Assembly (NCBI GenBank): GCA_043767805.1 | Contig: JAYUGC010000038.1 | Location: 1-39,048 of the forward strand | Source of the DNA: Pseudomonadota bacterium | GTDB taxonomy: Bacteria > Bdellovibrionota > FAC87 > UBA2466 | Direction: 5' to 3' | DNA: 39,048 bases | Shown here: piece by piece, positions 27,017 to 36,548 of the stretch | Position numbering within the stretch: the first letter of the stretch is position 1 | Layout of the letters: every line of letters starts with the position of its first letter | The notes under the pieces: generated by a model | What the model was told of the DNA's origin: nothing | The model's input: only the letters and a program-made list of their open reading frames with translations | Databases searched by the model: none | Made by a program: the position numbers and the translations under genes

Positions 27017-28318
27017 TCAGGCCGGGACCAAAGCTAACAATGATTTTCTTGAATCGTAGAAACTGACGTTCTCTTCCCGTTCCTGCTTGAGGAACTGGCG
27101 GATGAGGGGCTCGAGCTCCAGGCACTCGTCGATCTTGGCATCACTACCGCGCTGGTACATGCCGTATTGGATCGCGTCTTCGTTTTCCTGGTAACGGGCG
27201 AGCAATTCTTTGAGGTGCCGGGAGGCTACCGAGTGGTCCTTCTTCACGACCTGATCCATCACGCGGCTTACGCTGGTGAGCACGTCAATCGCCGGATAAT
27301 GGCCGCGGTTGGCTAGCCGGCGCGAAAGTACCACGTGACCATCCAGCAAGGAGCGGGCGGAATCGGCGACCGGATCTTCCAAATCGTCTCCTTCGACCAA
27401 AACCGTGTAGAGCCCCGTGATCGAGCCCTTCTTGCCCCAATTACCGGCGCGCTCCACCAAGCGGGCCATGAGCCCGAAGACGGAAGGCGTATAACCTTTG
27501 GTGGTGGGCGGCTCGCCCGCCGCAAGGCCGATCTCTCTCTGCGCCATCGCAAAGCGGGTGAGGGAGTCCATCATCAACAAAACGTTCTTGCCTTGCGCGC
27601 GAAAGGACTCCGCGATGGCGGTGGCCGTGAACGCGCAACGAACGCGGCGCACGGCCGACTTATCCGCGGTCTCGACGACGACGACACTCTTCTTGCGGCC
27701 TTCCTCGCCGAGGTCTCTCTCCAAGAACTCCCGCACTTCTCTGCCGCGCTCGCCAAGGAGCGCGATGACGACGACGTCCGCGGACGTGTATCTGGCCATC
27801 ATGCCGAGAAGCACGCTTTTTCCAACGCCCGAGCCGGCGAAAATTCCCTGCCGCTGGCCCTTGCCGCAGCTCAAGCAAGCATTGATGGCGCGCACGCCGA
27901 GATCGAGCGGCTCGTCGATGATTTGCCGGTCCATCGGGTTCAAGGCGGCACCGTATAGCGGCATCCGCTGCGTCGTTTTCGAAAGCTTGCCTTCATAGGA
28001 GACGCCTAAAGAATCGATGACGTCGCCCAAAAGACCATCGCCCACGGCGATGGAAGCGCTGCCTTCCTCGAGCTGCACGAGATCGCCCAGCTGCACGGAG
28101 CCCAGCTGATCGAGGGGCATCGCCACGTGACCGTTGGGATCGAGGCTCACGATTTCCACTGGGATATTTCCCGAAGCTGACTGAATCGAGCATAAGGAGC
28201 CCACGCGCACGTTCGGAATCTGAATCCGAACGGCGTCGGCACGCAGCGCTTTGACTCTTCCGAAAATGCGGAAGAAGCGCTCGTCCTCGACTCTCTTATT
28301 AAAGGCTTCGAGCTGCAA
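27017..28318 (-). CDS. fliI: Flagellar export ATPase FliI
   Basis: GQR.GIFAGSGVGKS, GERGREV, MDSLTRFA.AQREI, GEPP..KGY, DGHVVLSR; TTG start. Confidence 0.97.
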   Translation of the reverse strand: MQLEAFNKRVEDERFFRIFGRVKALRADAVRIQIPNVRVGSLCSIQSASGNIPVEIVSLDPNGHVAMPLDQLGSVQLGDLVQLEEGSASIAVGDGLLGDVIDSLGVSYEGKLSKTTQRMPLYGAALNPMDRQIIDEPLDLGVRAINACLSCGKGQRQGIFAGSGVGKSVLLGMMARYTSADVVVIALLGERGREVREFLERDLGEEGRKKSVVVVETADKSAVRRVRCAFTATAIAESFRAQGKNVLLMMDSLTRFAMAQREIGLAAGEPPTTKGYTPSVFGLMARLVERAGNWGKKGSITGLYTVLVEGDDLEDPVADSARSLLDGHVVLSRRLANRGHYPAIDVLTSVSRVMDQVVKKDHSVASRHLKELLARYQENEDAIQYGMYQRGSDAKIDECLELEPLIRQFLKQEREENVSFYDSRKSLLALVPA

Positions 28319-29030
28319 CGCGTGCCTCTCCTACGATTTCTTCCACGATACGTTCCAGGCGAGCAGCTTGCTCACCGGGAGAAAAAATGACTCCGCCCAT
28401 TTCGGTCTCACAGCGGACGTCGCCCTCATTCAAGGCCGGATCGCACTTCCAAATCCAGCCTTTGCCCGAAGCCCCGAGGGTATCGGCGAGCCGCTCGTAC
28501 TGAGCGGGGGGCAGAAACACCCGGACTTCCGCGTGATCCGAGAGTCCTTCGAGGCTTTCCCGCATCCACTTTTGCAGGCGAGGCACGATTTGCGAATCAT
28601 TGGGGACAAGAAAGCGCTTCAAGAGAAGAGAGAGCGAGCGCACCCAAATTACCTCATGCGCATTGAGCTGGCCTAGGCCCGCCTCAATCACCTTCTGGCA
28701 GACAATCTCCATTTCCGAGCGCAGCTGGCCGCTTTCCGCCCGCGCTTCGGCTCTCGCCTCGGCAAGGCCCGTTTCGCGTGCTTCCTTGATCGTGGCTTCT
28801 CTGAGCTCACGCTCTCCGGCCTGAACGCGCGCGCGGATTTCGGTCCCCACGCGCTCGTCGATAAGCCGGTCCAAGTTCCGCTTCAGCACGGCATCGCCCT
28901 GGATCGTGGTCCAGAGCGCTTCGGTGACTTGGAACGCGGAGTCCTTAGGCTCGGAGTACGAGCCCTCGAATCCGGTGTCCTTCACCGCTTCCGGGTTGAA
29001 CGGCTGGAAAATGTCAGGGGATGAGTTCAT
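28299..29030 (-). CDS. fliH: Flagellar assembly protein FliH
   Basis: AxxxG-type helix, DPAL..GD...ET..G; position between fliG and fliI. Confidence 0.8.
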   Translation of the reverse strand: MNSSPDIFQPFNPEAVKDTGFEGSYSEPKDSAFQVTEALWTTIQGDAVLKRNLDRLIDERVGTEIRARVQAGERELREATIKEARETGLAEARAEARAESGQLRSEMEIVCQKVIEAGLGQLNAHEVIWVRSLSLLLKRFLVPNDSQIVPRLQKWMRESLEGLSDHAEVRVFLPPAQYERLADTLGASGKGWIWKCDPALNEGDVRCETEMGGVIFSPGEQAARLERIVEEIVGEARVAARSL

Positions 29031-30042
29031 TTTCCTCACTTATTCCAATGACGATCTTGCCTTCTTCCTCTAGGCGGCGGACCAAAGTAACGATGACACG
29101 CTGGGCAGCTTCCACTTCCGAGACCTTTTGAGGACCGAGGTCCCCCAAGTCTTCTCTGAGAATGGCCGCGGCGCGCTCTGACATCGCCGTGAGGAACTTC
29201 TGCAGGATCTCTTCCGGCGCGCTCTTGAGGGCCAGGAGCAACCGATCGCTCGGCACTTCGCGCAGGATGAGCTGGATGCCGCGCTGATCGATTTTCGCGA
29301 TATCCGTGAAGGTGAACATGTGCTGCCGAATCTCTTCCGCGAGAATCGGATCCTTGTCCTCGATGCGGGCCATGAGGGAGTTCATGGTCTTCTTGTCGAG
29401 GTTGTTCACGAGGTCGGCCACGGCGGCGACGCCTCCGAACTGATTTCTCTGCACCTTGCCCATGGAGAAGAGCTCTTTTTTGAGAATCTCATCGAGCTCG
29501 TCTACTTTTTCGGGCGAGACGTATTCCAGGTTCGACATGCGCAGCACGATTTCCGCCCGGAGCGATTCCGGGAAGTGGCGGATCATGCCGAGCTGCTTGT
29601 CGAGATCCATGTGCGCGATGACCAGGGCGATGGTCTGGGGATGCTCGTCCACCAGGAACTCGGCCAGGGTCTTCGGGTCCACGGTCTCCAGCACCGATAA
29701 GTGCCGACGCTGAATCAGATTCACGCCGCCCTTGGTGGTACCGAAAATCTGCTTCGCGCGCTCTTCGCCGAGGCCTTCGGAGACGAGCTCGGGACTGGTG
29801 ATGTTGTCCTCGAAAATGATCTCTTCTTTTTCGTTGAGCTTGTGGAGGTACTCGCGCAGCACCGTATTAATGAGCGGAATGGGCGCCTTCTTCATGCTGC
29901 CCATGACGTTGAGCAAGCGGCGGACGTCAGAGTCCTTCATGCCCTTCATCATCTCGAAGGCTTTTTCCTTCCCGATGACGTTAAAGAGAATGGCGGTCTT
30001 CTCTAAGCCCGCGAGCTGGTATTTCTTATTGGGTTTCATCAT
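29014..30042 (-). CDS. fliG: Flagellar motor switch FliG
   Basis: EHPQTIAL, GGV..VA, MFTF.DI, MSERAA. Confidence 0.97.
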   Translation of the reverse strand: MMKPNKKYQLAGLEKTAILFNVIGKEKAFEMMKGMKDSDVRRLLNVMGSMKKAPIPLINTVLREYLHKLNEKEEIIFEDNITSPELVSEGLGEERAKQIFGTTKGGVNLIQRRHLSVLETVDPKTLAEFLVDEHPQTIALVIAHMDLDKQLGMIRHFPESLRAEIVLRMSNLEYVSPEKVDELDEILKKELFSMGKVQRNQFGGVAAVADLVNNLDKKTMNSLMARIEDKDPILAEEIRQHMFTFTDIAKIDQRGIQLILREVPSDRLLLALKSAPEEILQKFLTAMSERAAAILREDLGDLGPQKVSEVEAAQRVIVTLVRRLEEEGKIVIGISEENELIP

Positions 30043-31730
30043 CCTATCGCCTGCTTGGTGGGCTCAGCGGGAACGTGTTCCTCGAGCCAGTCCTGAACGA
30101 TGCGGAATCCTTTTTTCGGATGGGCGGTCAAGCGCTCGAGGATTCTCTTTCTCAAGTCTTCTTCTTCCTTTTTCTCGAGAGGCTCGGAGTCCTCGATGGC
30201 CGCCGACGCTTGGGTAAGCGCGAGTACTTGGCCGTTGGGGCCGACGCCGCCAGCCGTTCCGGCTTCGAGCTCCGCCAGCGTACGCGGGTAGATGCCGAGC
30301 GCGGCTTCTTCGGGCTTGCCGAAGACCCAGCGGATCATCGGACGTACGACGAGCCAGAGAACCACTAGCCCAAGTAAGCCGAACAGGCCGAAACGCATCC
30401 AAGGATTGGTGCGCGGGTTTAGCGGCGAATCGACGGGCGCGACCTCTTCGATGGCCGTCAAATCGGTGGGCGCGAAAGGCATGGAAGTGATGGTCAAGCT
30501 ATCGCGGCGGCCATCGTCGAACCCGATGGAGTTGGCGACGAGGTCACGCAGGCGCTGCAGCTCTTCGGGGCTACGGGGCTGGAAAAGCTCCGTGCCTTTT
30601 CCGTTCGCGGGCTTGCTATAAAGCCCGTCCACCACAACCGCCACGGTCAGGCGCTTGATGCTGCCTGAAGGCTTGCTGGTAACCGTGACCTTGCGAGGCA
30701 CCGCGTAATTGGTATTCTGCGTGACTTTTTCGGAGTTCGTCGTCGCCATGGGGGTGGCGGGATTTTGCGCCTCAGCGCCGGGGAGATTGGAGCGGCTCCC
30801 CGGAATGCCGATGGGATTGGGGCGAGAGCCATTGGTGCTCTCTTCATTTTTTACGTTGGAGCGGGCGACCGTACGATCCGGATCGAAGGTCTCTTCGGTC
30901 ATGTTGCTCTTGGTGATGTCGAGCTCCGCGGTCACTCGCGCGCGGACTTTGCCCATGCCAATGACGGGAGCGAGGATATCCTCGACCCGGCGCTCGTACT
31001 CGCGCTCGATGGTGCGCTGCTGTTCGAGTAGCGCGCTGGGTTTATCGGAAGTGCCGTCATCGCCGGGGCGGTGGAGGAAATCTCCACGGGTATCGACGAT
31101 GCTGATCTGGGAGACGTTCAAGCCTTCCACCGCGCTCGCCACGAGGTGCGCGATGCCGGTGATTTCCTGCTTGTTGGGCTTTTGGTTTCCGGCGAGCTCC
31201 AAAATGACGGAGGCCTTCGGCGGATCTTCTTCTTCCAGGAAGGTTTTCTTAGGCGGGAGGCTGATGTGAACGCGGGCGCGCTTTACGGACTTCAAGCGCT
31301 CGATACTACGGGTGAGCTCTCCCTGAACGGCGCGCACGTACTGAATGCGCTGCACGTAGGTCGACATGCCGAGCGTCGAGCCATCGAACTTCTCGAAACC
31401 AACCACGTCTTGACCGGGGATGCCGTCTTTGGCGAGCTCAAGGCGGGCGCTATCGACTTTGCTGGTGGGAACAGAAACGGTGTGCCCGTCGTCACTGAGG
31501 ACATACGGGATCTTCTGCTCGCCGAGCTTTTTGACGACCGCGCGCGACTCATCCGGCTGAAGATCCGTGTAAAGGAGCTTCATGGGATCGCGTTGCGCGA
31601 GCGCCGAGAAGATGAGAGCGACGCCGACCACGAGAGCGGCGACGCCTCCAAAGATGGCTTTATTCGCGGTGGACAGACCTTTCCAGTATCCGTCGGCAAA
31701 CTGCAGCCACTGTTTCAACGTTTCATTCAT
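30039..31730 (-). CDS. fliF: Flagellar MS-ring FliF
   Basis: GFE.FD, GEL.RSI, ARVHI, ASV, LVASAV.GL, PG.RSN, RLTVAVVVDG; two TM helices. Confidence 0.97.
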   Translation of the reverse strand: MNETLKQWLQFADGYWKGLSTANKAIFGGVAALVVGVALIFSALAQRDPMKLLYTDLQPDESRAVVKKLGEQKIPYVLSDDGHTVSVPTSKVDSARLELAKDGIPGQDVVGFEKFDGSTLGMSTYVQRIQYVRAVQGELTRSIERLKSVKRARVHISLPPKKTFLEEEDPPKASVILELAGNQKPNKQEITGIAHLVASAVEGLNVSQISIVDTRGDFLHRPGDDGTSDKPSALLEQQRTIEREYERRVEDILAPVIGMGKVRARVTAELDITKSNMTEETFDPDRTVARSNVKNEESTNGSRPNPIGIPGSRSNLPGAEAQNPATPMATTNSEKVTQNTNYAVPRKVTVTSKPSGSIKRLTVAVVVDGLYSKPANGKGTELFQPRSPEELQRLRDLVANSIGFDDGRRDSLTITSMPFAPTDLTAIEEVAPVDSPLNPRTNPWMRFGLFGLLGLVVLWLVVRPMIRWVFGKPEEAALGIYPRTLAELEAGTAGGVGPNGQVLALTQASAAIEDSEPLEKKEEEDLRKRILERLTAHPKKGFRIVQDWLEEHVPAEPTKQAIG

Positions 31731-31773
31731 GGTTATTTAGTCTCAAAGAGGAAGGAGGTGAACGGGGATTGGC

Positions 31774-32088
31774 TTAGACCTGCATCGCGAGTACTTGATT
31801 GTAGGCTTCCAGGGCTTTGTTCCGGACTTGGACGAGGAGCTTCAAAGCGGTTTCCGCTTTTTCGAATCCGATCATGGCTTCGTGCAGATTCTCAGTCTTA
31901 CCAACGGCAAGTTCCTTGCCCTTCACGTCGGAGACCTGAATCAAGTCGTTCGTCTCCGAAATCGACTTGGCGAGAAGCGACGAAAAACTGTTTGGACCGG
32001 TACCTTCCGCTTTGTCTTCCCCGCCGGACAGGCCGGTGGGCATTTCGGAAAGCTGGGGCACGATTGAGCTTAGGCGATTGATTTCCAT
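31774..32088 (-). CDS. fliE: Hook-basal body protein FliE
   Basis: LHEAMI..EKA..AL....QVRNKALEAY..V..MQV. Confidence 0.95.
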   Translation of the reverse strand: MEINRLSSIVPQLSEMPTGLSGGEDKAEGTGPNSFSSLLAKSISETNDLIQVSDVKGKELAVGKTENLHEAMIGFEKAETALKLLVQVRNKALEAYNQVLAMQV

Positions 32089-32091
32089 TTA

Positions 32092-32532
32092 TTATCTCCG
32101 TCCGATCTCTAGAGCTTTGTTCATCATGCCGCGCGCCACGTTGATGGAAGTGACGTTGGCTTCGTAAGTGCGGCTCGCCGTCATGAGGTTCACCATTTCT
32201 TCCATGGTGTTCACGTTGGGATAAGCCACGTAGCCTTCGGGGTTCGCATCCGGGTGATCCGGGGAGTACACCATGCGGGGCGGGTTCGGATCCGAGACCA
32301 CGTCCACCACTTTCACGGGGTGAACGGGGTGCTCCATCTGATCACCCAGGACGGACGCGAAATCTCTTTTGGGCTCGGACGCGAAGACCGGATCTTTTCT
32401 CCGGTAGGGCCCGCCCTCGGGCGTGCGCGTGGTTTGCGCGTTCGCCAAGTTGCTGGAAGTTACGTTCATGCGCAGGCGCTCGGCACTGAGTGCGGAGGCG
32501 CCAACGTCTAAGGCGTCAAAAAAGCCACTCAT
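32092..32532 (-). CDS. flgC: Basal body rod protein FlgC
   Basis: NLANA.TT, GPYRRK, Y.P.HPDA..GYV.YPNVN, R.YEAN. Confidence 0.97.
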   Translation of the reverse strand: MSGFFDALDVGASALSAERLRMNVTSSNLANAQTTRTPEGGPYRRKDPVFASEPKRDFASVLGDQMEHPVHPVKVVDVVSDPNPPRMVYSPDHPDANPEGYVAYPNVNTMEEMVNLMTASRTYEANVTSINVARGMMNKALEIGRR

Positions 32533-32912
32533 TTGTCACTTCCTTCCGTGATGGCGTAACGGAGAAGGGCGAATTTCTTCGAAATGACTTGGGTGGCGGC
32601 GTTGTATTGCACTTCGTTCTTGGTCATCGCCGCCATCTCTTTGTCCATGTCGACCGTGTTCAAGTCCTGGCCGATTTCCGAGTCCGTGGTTTCCGAGATG
32701 AGCGCGTTCACGGAGGCGATGTCCCGGCCGGACATCCCCTGCTCGCCCGCTTCGATGGCGCGCGCCAGGGAATCCTCGAAATCCACGCGCTTGGCTTTGA
32801 AGCCGGGCGTCTCCGCGTTCGCGATGTTGTCCGCAATGACCGCATGACGCTGCATATGCAGGTCCATCGAACGATTCAGCGCATCGATTGTGGAATCGAA
32901 TAATTGGGCCAT
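32529..32912 (-). CDS. flgB: Basal body rod protein FlgB
   Basis: IADNIANAETPGFKAK.V.FE, NTVDMDKEM; start MAQLF. Confidence 0.95.
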   Translation of the reverse strand: MAQLFDSTIDALNRSMDLHMQRHAVIADNIANAETPGFKAKRVDFEDSLARAIEAGEQGMSGRDIASVNALISETTDSEIGQDLNTVDMDKEMAAMTKNEVQYNAATQVISKKFALLRYAITEGSDK

Positions 32913-32926
32913 TTGAAATTTTTCTC

Positions 32927-32954
32927 TAAAGTTCTGGTGGGAAGTAGCCGATAA
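32927..32954 (+). promoter_or_regulatory. Antisense sigma28 (FliA)-type promoter in the flgB leader
   Basis: TAAAGTTC...GCCGATAA (TAAA-N16-GCCGATAA); both boxes match consensus. Confidence 0.65.
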
Positions 32955-32962
32955 GTAATATC

Positions 32963-32978
32963 TGCAAATCGAAGGCCA
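32963..32978 (-). promoter_or_regulatory. Sigma54 promoter of the flgB operon
   Basis: Minus strand TGGCCTTCGATTTGCA (GG-N10-GC), about 50 nt upstream of flgB, next to a sigma54 activator gene. Confidence 0.75.
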
Positions 32979-33054
32979 GGCCCTTGAGCCTAAAAATCGC
33001 CGCAATAACTCTCCTAAACGTCCTTTCTTTCCCCTAAGAGGAAAAAAAAGCCAT

Positions 33055-33981
33055 CTAGCCGTTTAACTTATTTCGTAAAGTGCGGGCGGTGACGCCCAGG
33101 ATGCGGGCCGCTTCGTTGCGGTTGCCGCCGGTGGTCTGTAAGACTCGGGCGATGTGCCCCTGTTCGACTTCGGCCAATGACTGAGTATCCGACTTGGCGC
33201 TGCCCTCGAGACGCAGCCCCGTCAGCTGAATAGCCTCGGGCGGGATGACGCCTTCCGAGAGAAGGACCGCGCGCTCAATGGTATTTTGGAGCTCGCGCAC
33301 GTTGCCCGGCCATTCGTACTCTAAAAGTTTTGCCATGGCGCCACGAGAAAGAGCGATGCGATCCTGCCCATACTGCCGTCCCGCCTGATCGACGAACTGG
33401 CGAGACAGGTTTTCGATGGCTTCCCGGCGGCCCCGGAGAGGGAGACAGTCGATACGAATGACGTTGAGACGGAAAAAGAGATCTTTGCGGAAGAGCCCCT
33501 GCTCGATGAGCTCGACGGGCTCGCGGTTGGTGGTCGCGATAATGCGGGCGTTCACCGCGATGGGATCGCGCGCGCCTAACCGATCCACTTCGCCTTCCTG
33601 GAGCACACGGAGCAATTTCGCCTGGAGGTGGAAGGGCATCTCGCTTATCTCGTCGAGAAGAAGCGTTCCATTGTTGGCGCGCTCGAACTTGCCGACGCGC
33701 AAGGCGACGGATCCGGTGAACGCGCCCTTCTCGTAACCAAACAACTCGGCTTCCATGAGACCTTCGGGCAATGCCGCGCAGTTGACCGAAACATACGGCC
33801 CTTTCACGCGCTCGCCCCGCTCGTGAATGAAACGCGCGATGAGCTCTTTTCCGGTACCGCTCTCTCCGCACAACAGCACAGGGGCGCCGCTTCGCGCGGC
33901 TTTCGCCGCCAAAGCTACCGTCTGAGCCATAAGAGAATCCGCGACTACCAGGGTTCGTCCCTGAAAGCGTAGAGTTTCCAT
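33055..33981 (-). CDS. Sigma54-dependent activator (AAA+ and Fis HTH) without N-terminal regulatory domain
   Basis: GESGTGKE, ELFGYEKGAFTGS, LLDEISEM, WPGNVREL, AA..LGV..RTLRNK; start METLR. Confidence 0.93.
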   Translation of the reverse strand: METLRFQGRTLVVADSLMAQTVALAAKAARSGAPVLLCGESGTGKELIARFIHERGERVKGPYVSVNCAALPEGLMEAELFGYEKGAFTGSVALRVGKFERANNGTLLLDEISEMPFHLQAKLLRVLQEGEVDRLGARDPIAVNARIIATTNREPVELIEQGLFRKDLFFRLNVIRIDCLPLRGRREAIENLSRQFVDQAGRQYGQDRIALSRGAMAKLLEYEWPGNVRELQNTIERAVLLSEGVIPPEAIQLTGLRLEGSAKSDTQSLAEVEQGHIARVLQTTGGNRNEAARILGVTARTLRNKLNG

Positions 33982-33989
33982 GAATTTTT

Positions 33990-36284
33990 TTAGTGAATGA
34001 GTTTGAGGTCGTTTTGTGCGAGTGGACTCCAGAAGGAGTCTTCCATCTGAACTAAGTCTTGCCAGACTTTGCGCGCCTGGCTGTTGCGGTGCAAGCGAAC
34101 GAGACATTTTCCGAGACGGTATCTGGCCTCGGCCGCGGGCTCACCCGCCGATATACTTTGCAGGCCTTTTTCGTAACTCGTGACGGCGGCGGCGCAGTCC
34201 TTTTTCTCGAACGCGGAACGCCCTGCGAGGAAAAGATACGGCGCGTGCTCGGCGGCGGGAAGCTTCAGCTTTGCCACCTCGGCCACGAGCTTGGGACCCG
34301 ACGTCCAAAGCTTTCCGCCCACTAAAATCTGCAAGGCCCGTTGCGCGCGCTCGGCTTTCGCTTCCCGCGGCGCGGAAGCGAGCGATCGGAAAGCCAGATC
34401 GAGAGCTTCCTTCGAGCGATGGGTCTCTTCATACAAGCCAAGCAAGCTCTCCGCCGCGGCGGGCCCGAATTTTTTCGATTTGATCTGACGGAGTAATTTT
34501 TCGGCTTCCTTGTTGTCGCCCAAGCGCCGGGCACCGGCCGCGCGCGCCAGCAGCGTCAGCTCGCGGAGCGGCTCTTGCTTTGGGAGGGAAGCGAGCGACC
34601 GGGTCTCGGTTTTTCCCAGGCCAGCGGCCACGCCATCGGTATCGCCGACAGCGGCCGCAAGAGCCGCGAGCGTCGCTCCGTTTCTGGTCTTGAAGAGAGG
34701 GGCCCAAACGTCGCGTTGCTTGAGGTATTCCGTCGCCCGATTTTCCCGGTCGCGCTCGTCAGTGACGTTGGTCGCGAAAAGATCGCCCAGAATGGCGCCA
34801 GCGATACGATCGGAAGCGTCAGGAGAGAAAGGTACCGCCGACCAGTAAGGAGACTGTCTCCATCTTTCCAAGAGCCGGAGCGCACCGCCCCGATCGCCGG
34901 CTTGCACGCGCTCGGTGAAGCCCTTCACGACGAGACCTTCGTACCGAGATCCCAGTTTTTTTTCCGTGGGAGAATTTTTCACCCAGGGAACGAACGAGCT
35001 TTCCAGGGCGGACAAAGCGTCGGCGCCTTGGGTGGCGACCATCTTTTCGAGCAGACCACTGACTTCTTGCTTTACCAAACGGCCGAGCTCGCCTTCTTGC
35101 GTCTGCCGGATTTTAGAGAGGTAGGTCACGGCGTGGAACTCGCCCGCTTCGAGCCAGGCCAGGCCCTTTTCGACGTAGAGCGCTTCCCGCATCTTCAGGT
35201 CGACGACTTTATCGATATCCTCGTCGATAATTCTTAGCCGCCGCGCCCGTTCCGACTCTCCTTGGGCCGGCAGAGTGACCAGAAAAGCATGTAGCCGGGA
35301 AAAACGGCCAATGTCGGTGCCGGGGGACGTTTCCAAAACGGACTGATAAATGCCGACGACTCTATTTAAGTTCGTCCCGTTTCGGTACTCCATGTCGGCG
35401 GTACGCTTGACCGCCTGGGCCGCGCAAACGTCGTGCTCTTTTCTGAGCTCCAGGAAGCGGTTGAACTGATAGGCCGCCGACTCGAACTTTCCGCCCCGGT
35501 AGCGGAGCTCTCCCAAGTTGTGGAAGACCGCCGGGTGTAGCGCCTCGACCCGGGGCGAGGAGGTTTTTAGGATCTTGTCGTAAGCGGTCTCGGCGAGTCC
35601 TGAATCGGTTTCGAAGAGCAAGTCTGCGAGCCGGATTTCGGCGGCAAGCTTCAACCGAGGATCGGAGCACGTCTTCACCGCGTCTTTCAGTGCCGACTCC
35701 GCGCCTTCTCTATCTCCGAGCAGATAAGCCGACTCGCCCGCTCCGACCGTAAAAAGACAATTGAGCGGATGTTTGGGGTACTGAGTGCGCAAGGACTGAT
35801 AGAGCGCGAGGGCATTGGCGTGGCGGCTACCGCGGATCCAAAACTCGGCCATGCTTCCCGAGACGATAGGGGCGAGCTCCGAGCGCGGATAGAGGACGAG
35901 GGTTTCCCGAAGGCGACGCTCGGCGTTCTTGACGCTTTCGGCATCGGTAGGCTCCGCGCGCTCAAACGACGCTTGCGCGTTCAAGTAGCTGACCGGTTCG
36001 AGCAGGGGAGAGCTTTCGTGCACTTTGCGAAACACATCGCGCTTTCGGTCGAAAGCTTCCCAGGTATGGGCGCGGTAAGCGCGCACTAAATCATTGTAGG
36101 CGTCGACACCGGGGATGTTATTGGCGATTTCGACGAAGGTCTCGCCCGCGGCGTTCAACGTAACGCGCTGATCGCAAATGGGGTGCTTGAAATCCAAAGC
36201 CCGGTAGAAAGCTACGTCCACGCCGAAGGCGGACATACACACGAGCCCCCCAACGGCAAAGAGATTCCCCAAATTGCAGTGCAC
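33990..36284 (-). CDS. Large TPR-repeat protein, probably exported
   Basis: About 765-aa helical-repeat ORF with TPR-like segments. Start uncertain (36302, 36296 or 36284); GTG at 36284 chosen because it lies downstream of the sigma54 promoter. Confidence 0.8.
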   Translation of the reverse strand: MHCNLGNLFAVGGLVCMSAFGVDVAFYRALDFKHPICDQRVTLNAAGETFVEIANNIPGVDAYNDLVRAYRAHTWEAFDRKRDVFRKVHESSPLLEPVSYLNAQASFERAEPTDAESVKNAERRLRETLVLYPRSELAPIVSGSMAEFWIRGSRHANALALYQSLRTQYPKHPLNCLFTVGAGESAYLLGDREGAESALKDAVKTCSDPRLKLAAEIRLADLLFETDSGLAETAYDKILKTSSPRVEALHPAVFHNLGELRYRGGKFESAAYQFNRFLELRKEHDVCAAQAVKRTADMEYRNGTNLNRVVGIYQSVLETSPGTDIGRFSRLHAFLVTLPAQGESERARRLRIIDEDIDKVVDLKMREALYVEKGLAWLEAGEFHAVTYLSKIRQTQEGELGRLVKQEVSGLLEKMVATQGADALSALESSFVPWVKNSPTEKKLGSRYEGLVVKGFTERVQAGDRGGALRLLERWRQSPYWSAVPFSPDASDRIAGAILGDLFATNVTDERDRENRATEYLKQRDVWAPLFKTRNGATLAALAAAVGDTDGVAAGLGKTETRSLASLPKQEPLRELTLLARAAGARRLGDNKEAEKLLRQIKSKKFGPAAAESLLGLYEETHRSKEALDLAFRSLASAPREAKAERAQRALQILVGGKLWTSGPKLVAEVAKLKLPAAEHAPYLFLAGRSAFEKKDCAAAVTSYEKGLQSISAGEPAAEARYRLGKCLVRLHRNSQARKVWQDLVQMEDSFWSPLAQNDLKLIH

Positions 36285-36297
36285 GGTAGGACTCATA

Positions 36298-36313
36298 AGC
36301 AAAGCTCGTGCCG
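36298..36313 (-). promoter_or_regulatory. Sigma54 promoter of the TPR-activator operon
   Basis: Minus strand CGGCACGAGCTTTGCT, a near-perfect -24/-12 consensus. Confidence 0.8.
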
Positions 36314-36353
36314 CTTTTCGAGAACGAAAACTTCAATGATCCCTGCAAACGGA

Positions 36354-36399
36354 CGCCGCGTTTTTGGCGGTGCTCTGTCGGGCCGTCAAAGTCTTGTCG
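36354..36399. promoter_or_regulatory. Tandem candidate enhancer sites (FleQ/FlrA-like)
   Basis: CGCC-N8-GGCG (36354-36369) and CGTC-N8-GTCG (36384-36399), 30 bp apart, upstream of the sigma54 promoter. Confidence 0.45.
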
Positions 36400-36548
36400 A
36401 CGAATGGAGGCCCGCGTGACACGTTGGGCCAACGGTTTCAAACGGGGACTCGAAAACAAACGCGAATATTCCGATAAGAAATTGAAATCCAAAGCCTGCT
36501 TCCCCGTTTTGCTATATCTTCGGGGAGGCCGAAAACGACGTAAGTACG

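Noticed and set aside
33023..33050. AT-rich imperfect inverted repeat after the activator gene
   Set aside because: Weak stem; cannot distinguish terminator, binding site or chance.
36344..36358. Second sigma54-like motif CGGCGTCCGTTTGCA (minus)
   Set aside because: GG-GC spacing is one base short; sigma54 spacing is strict.
36450..36477. TCGA-N16-TCCGATAA sigma28-like motif before the mla operon
   Set aside because: Mismatches in both boxes; insufficient alone.
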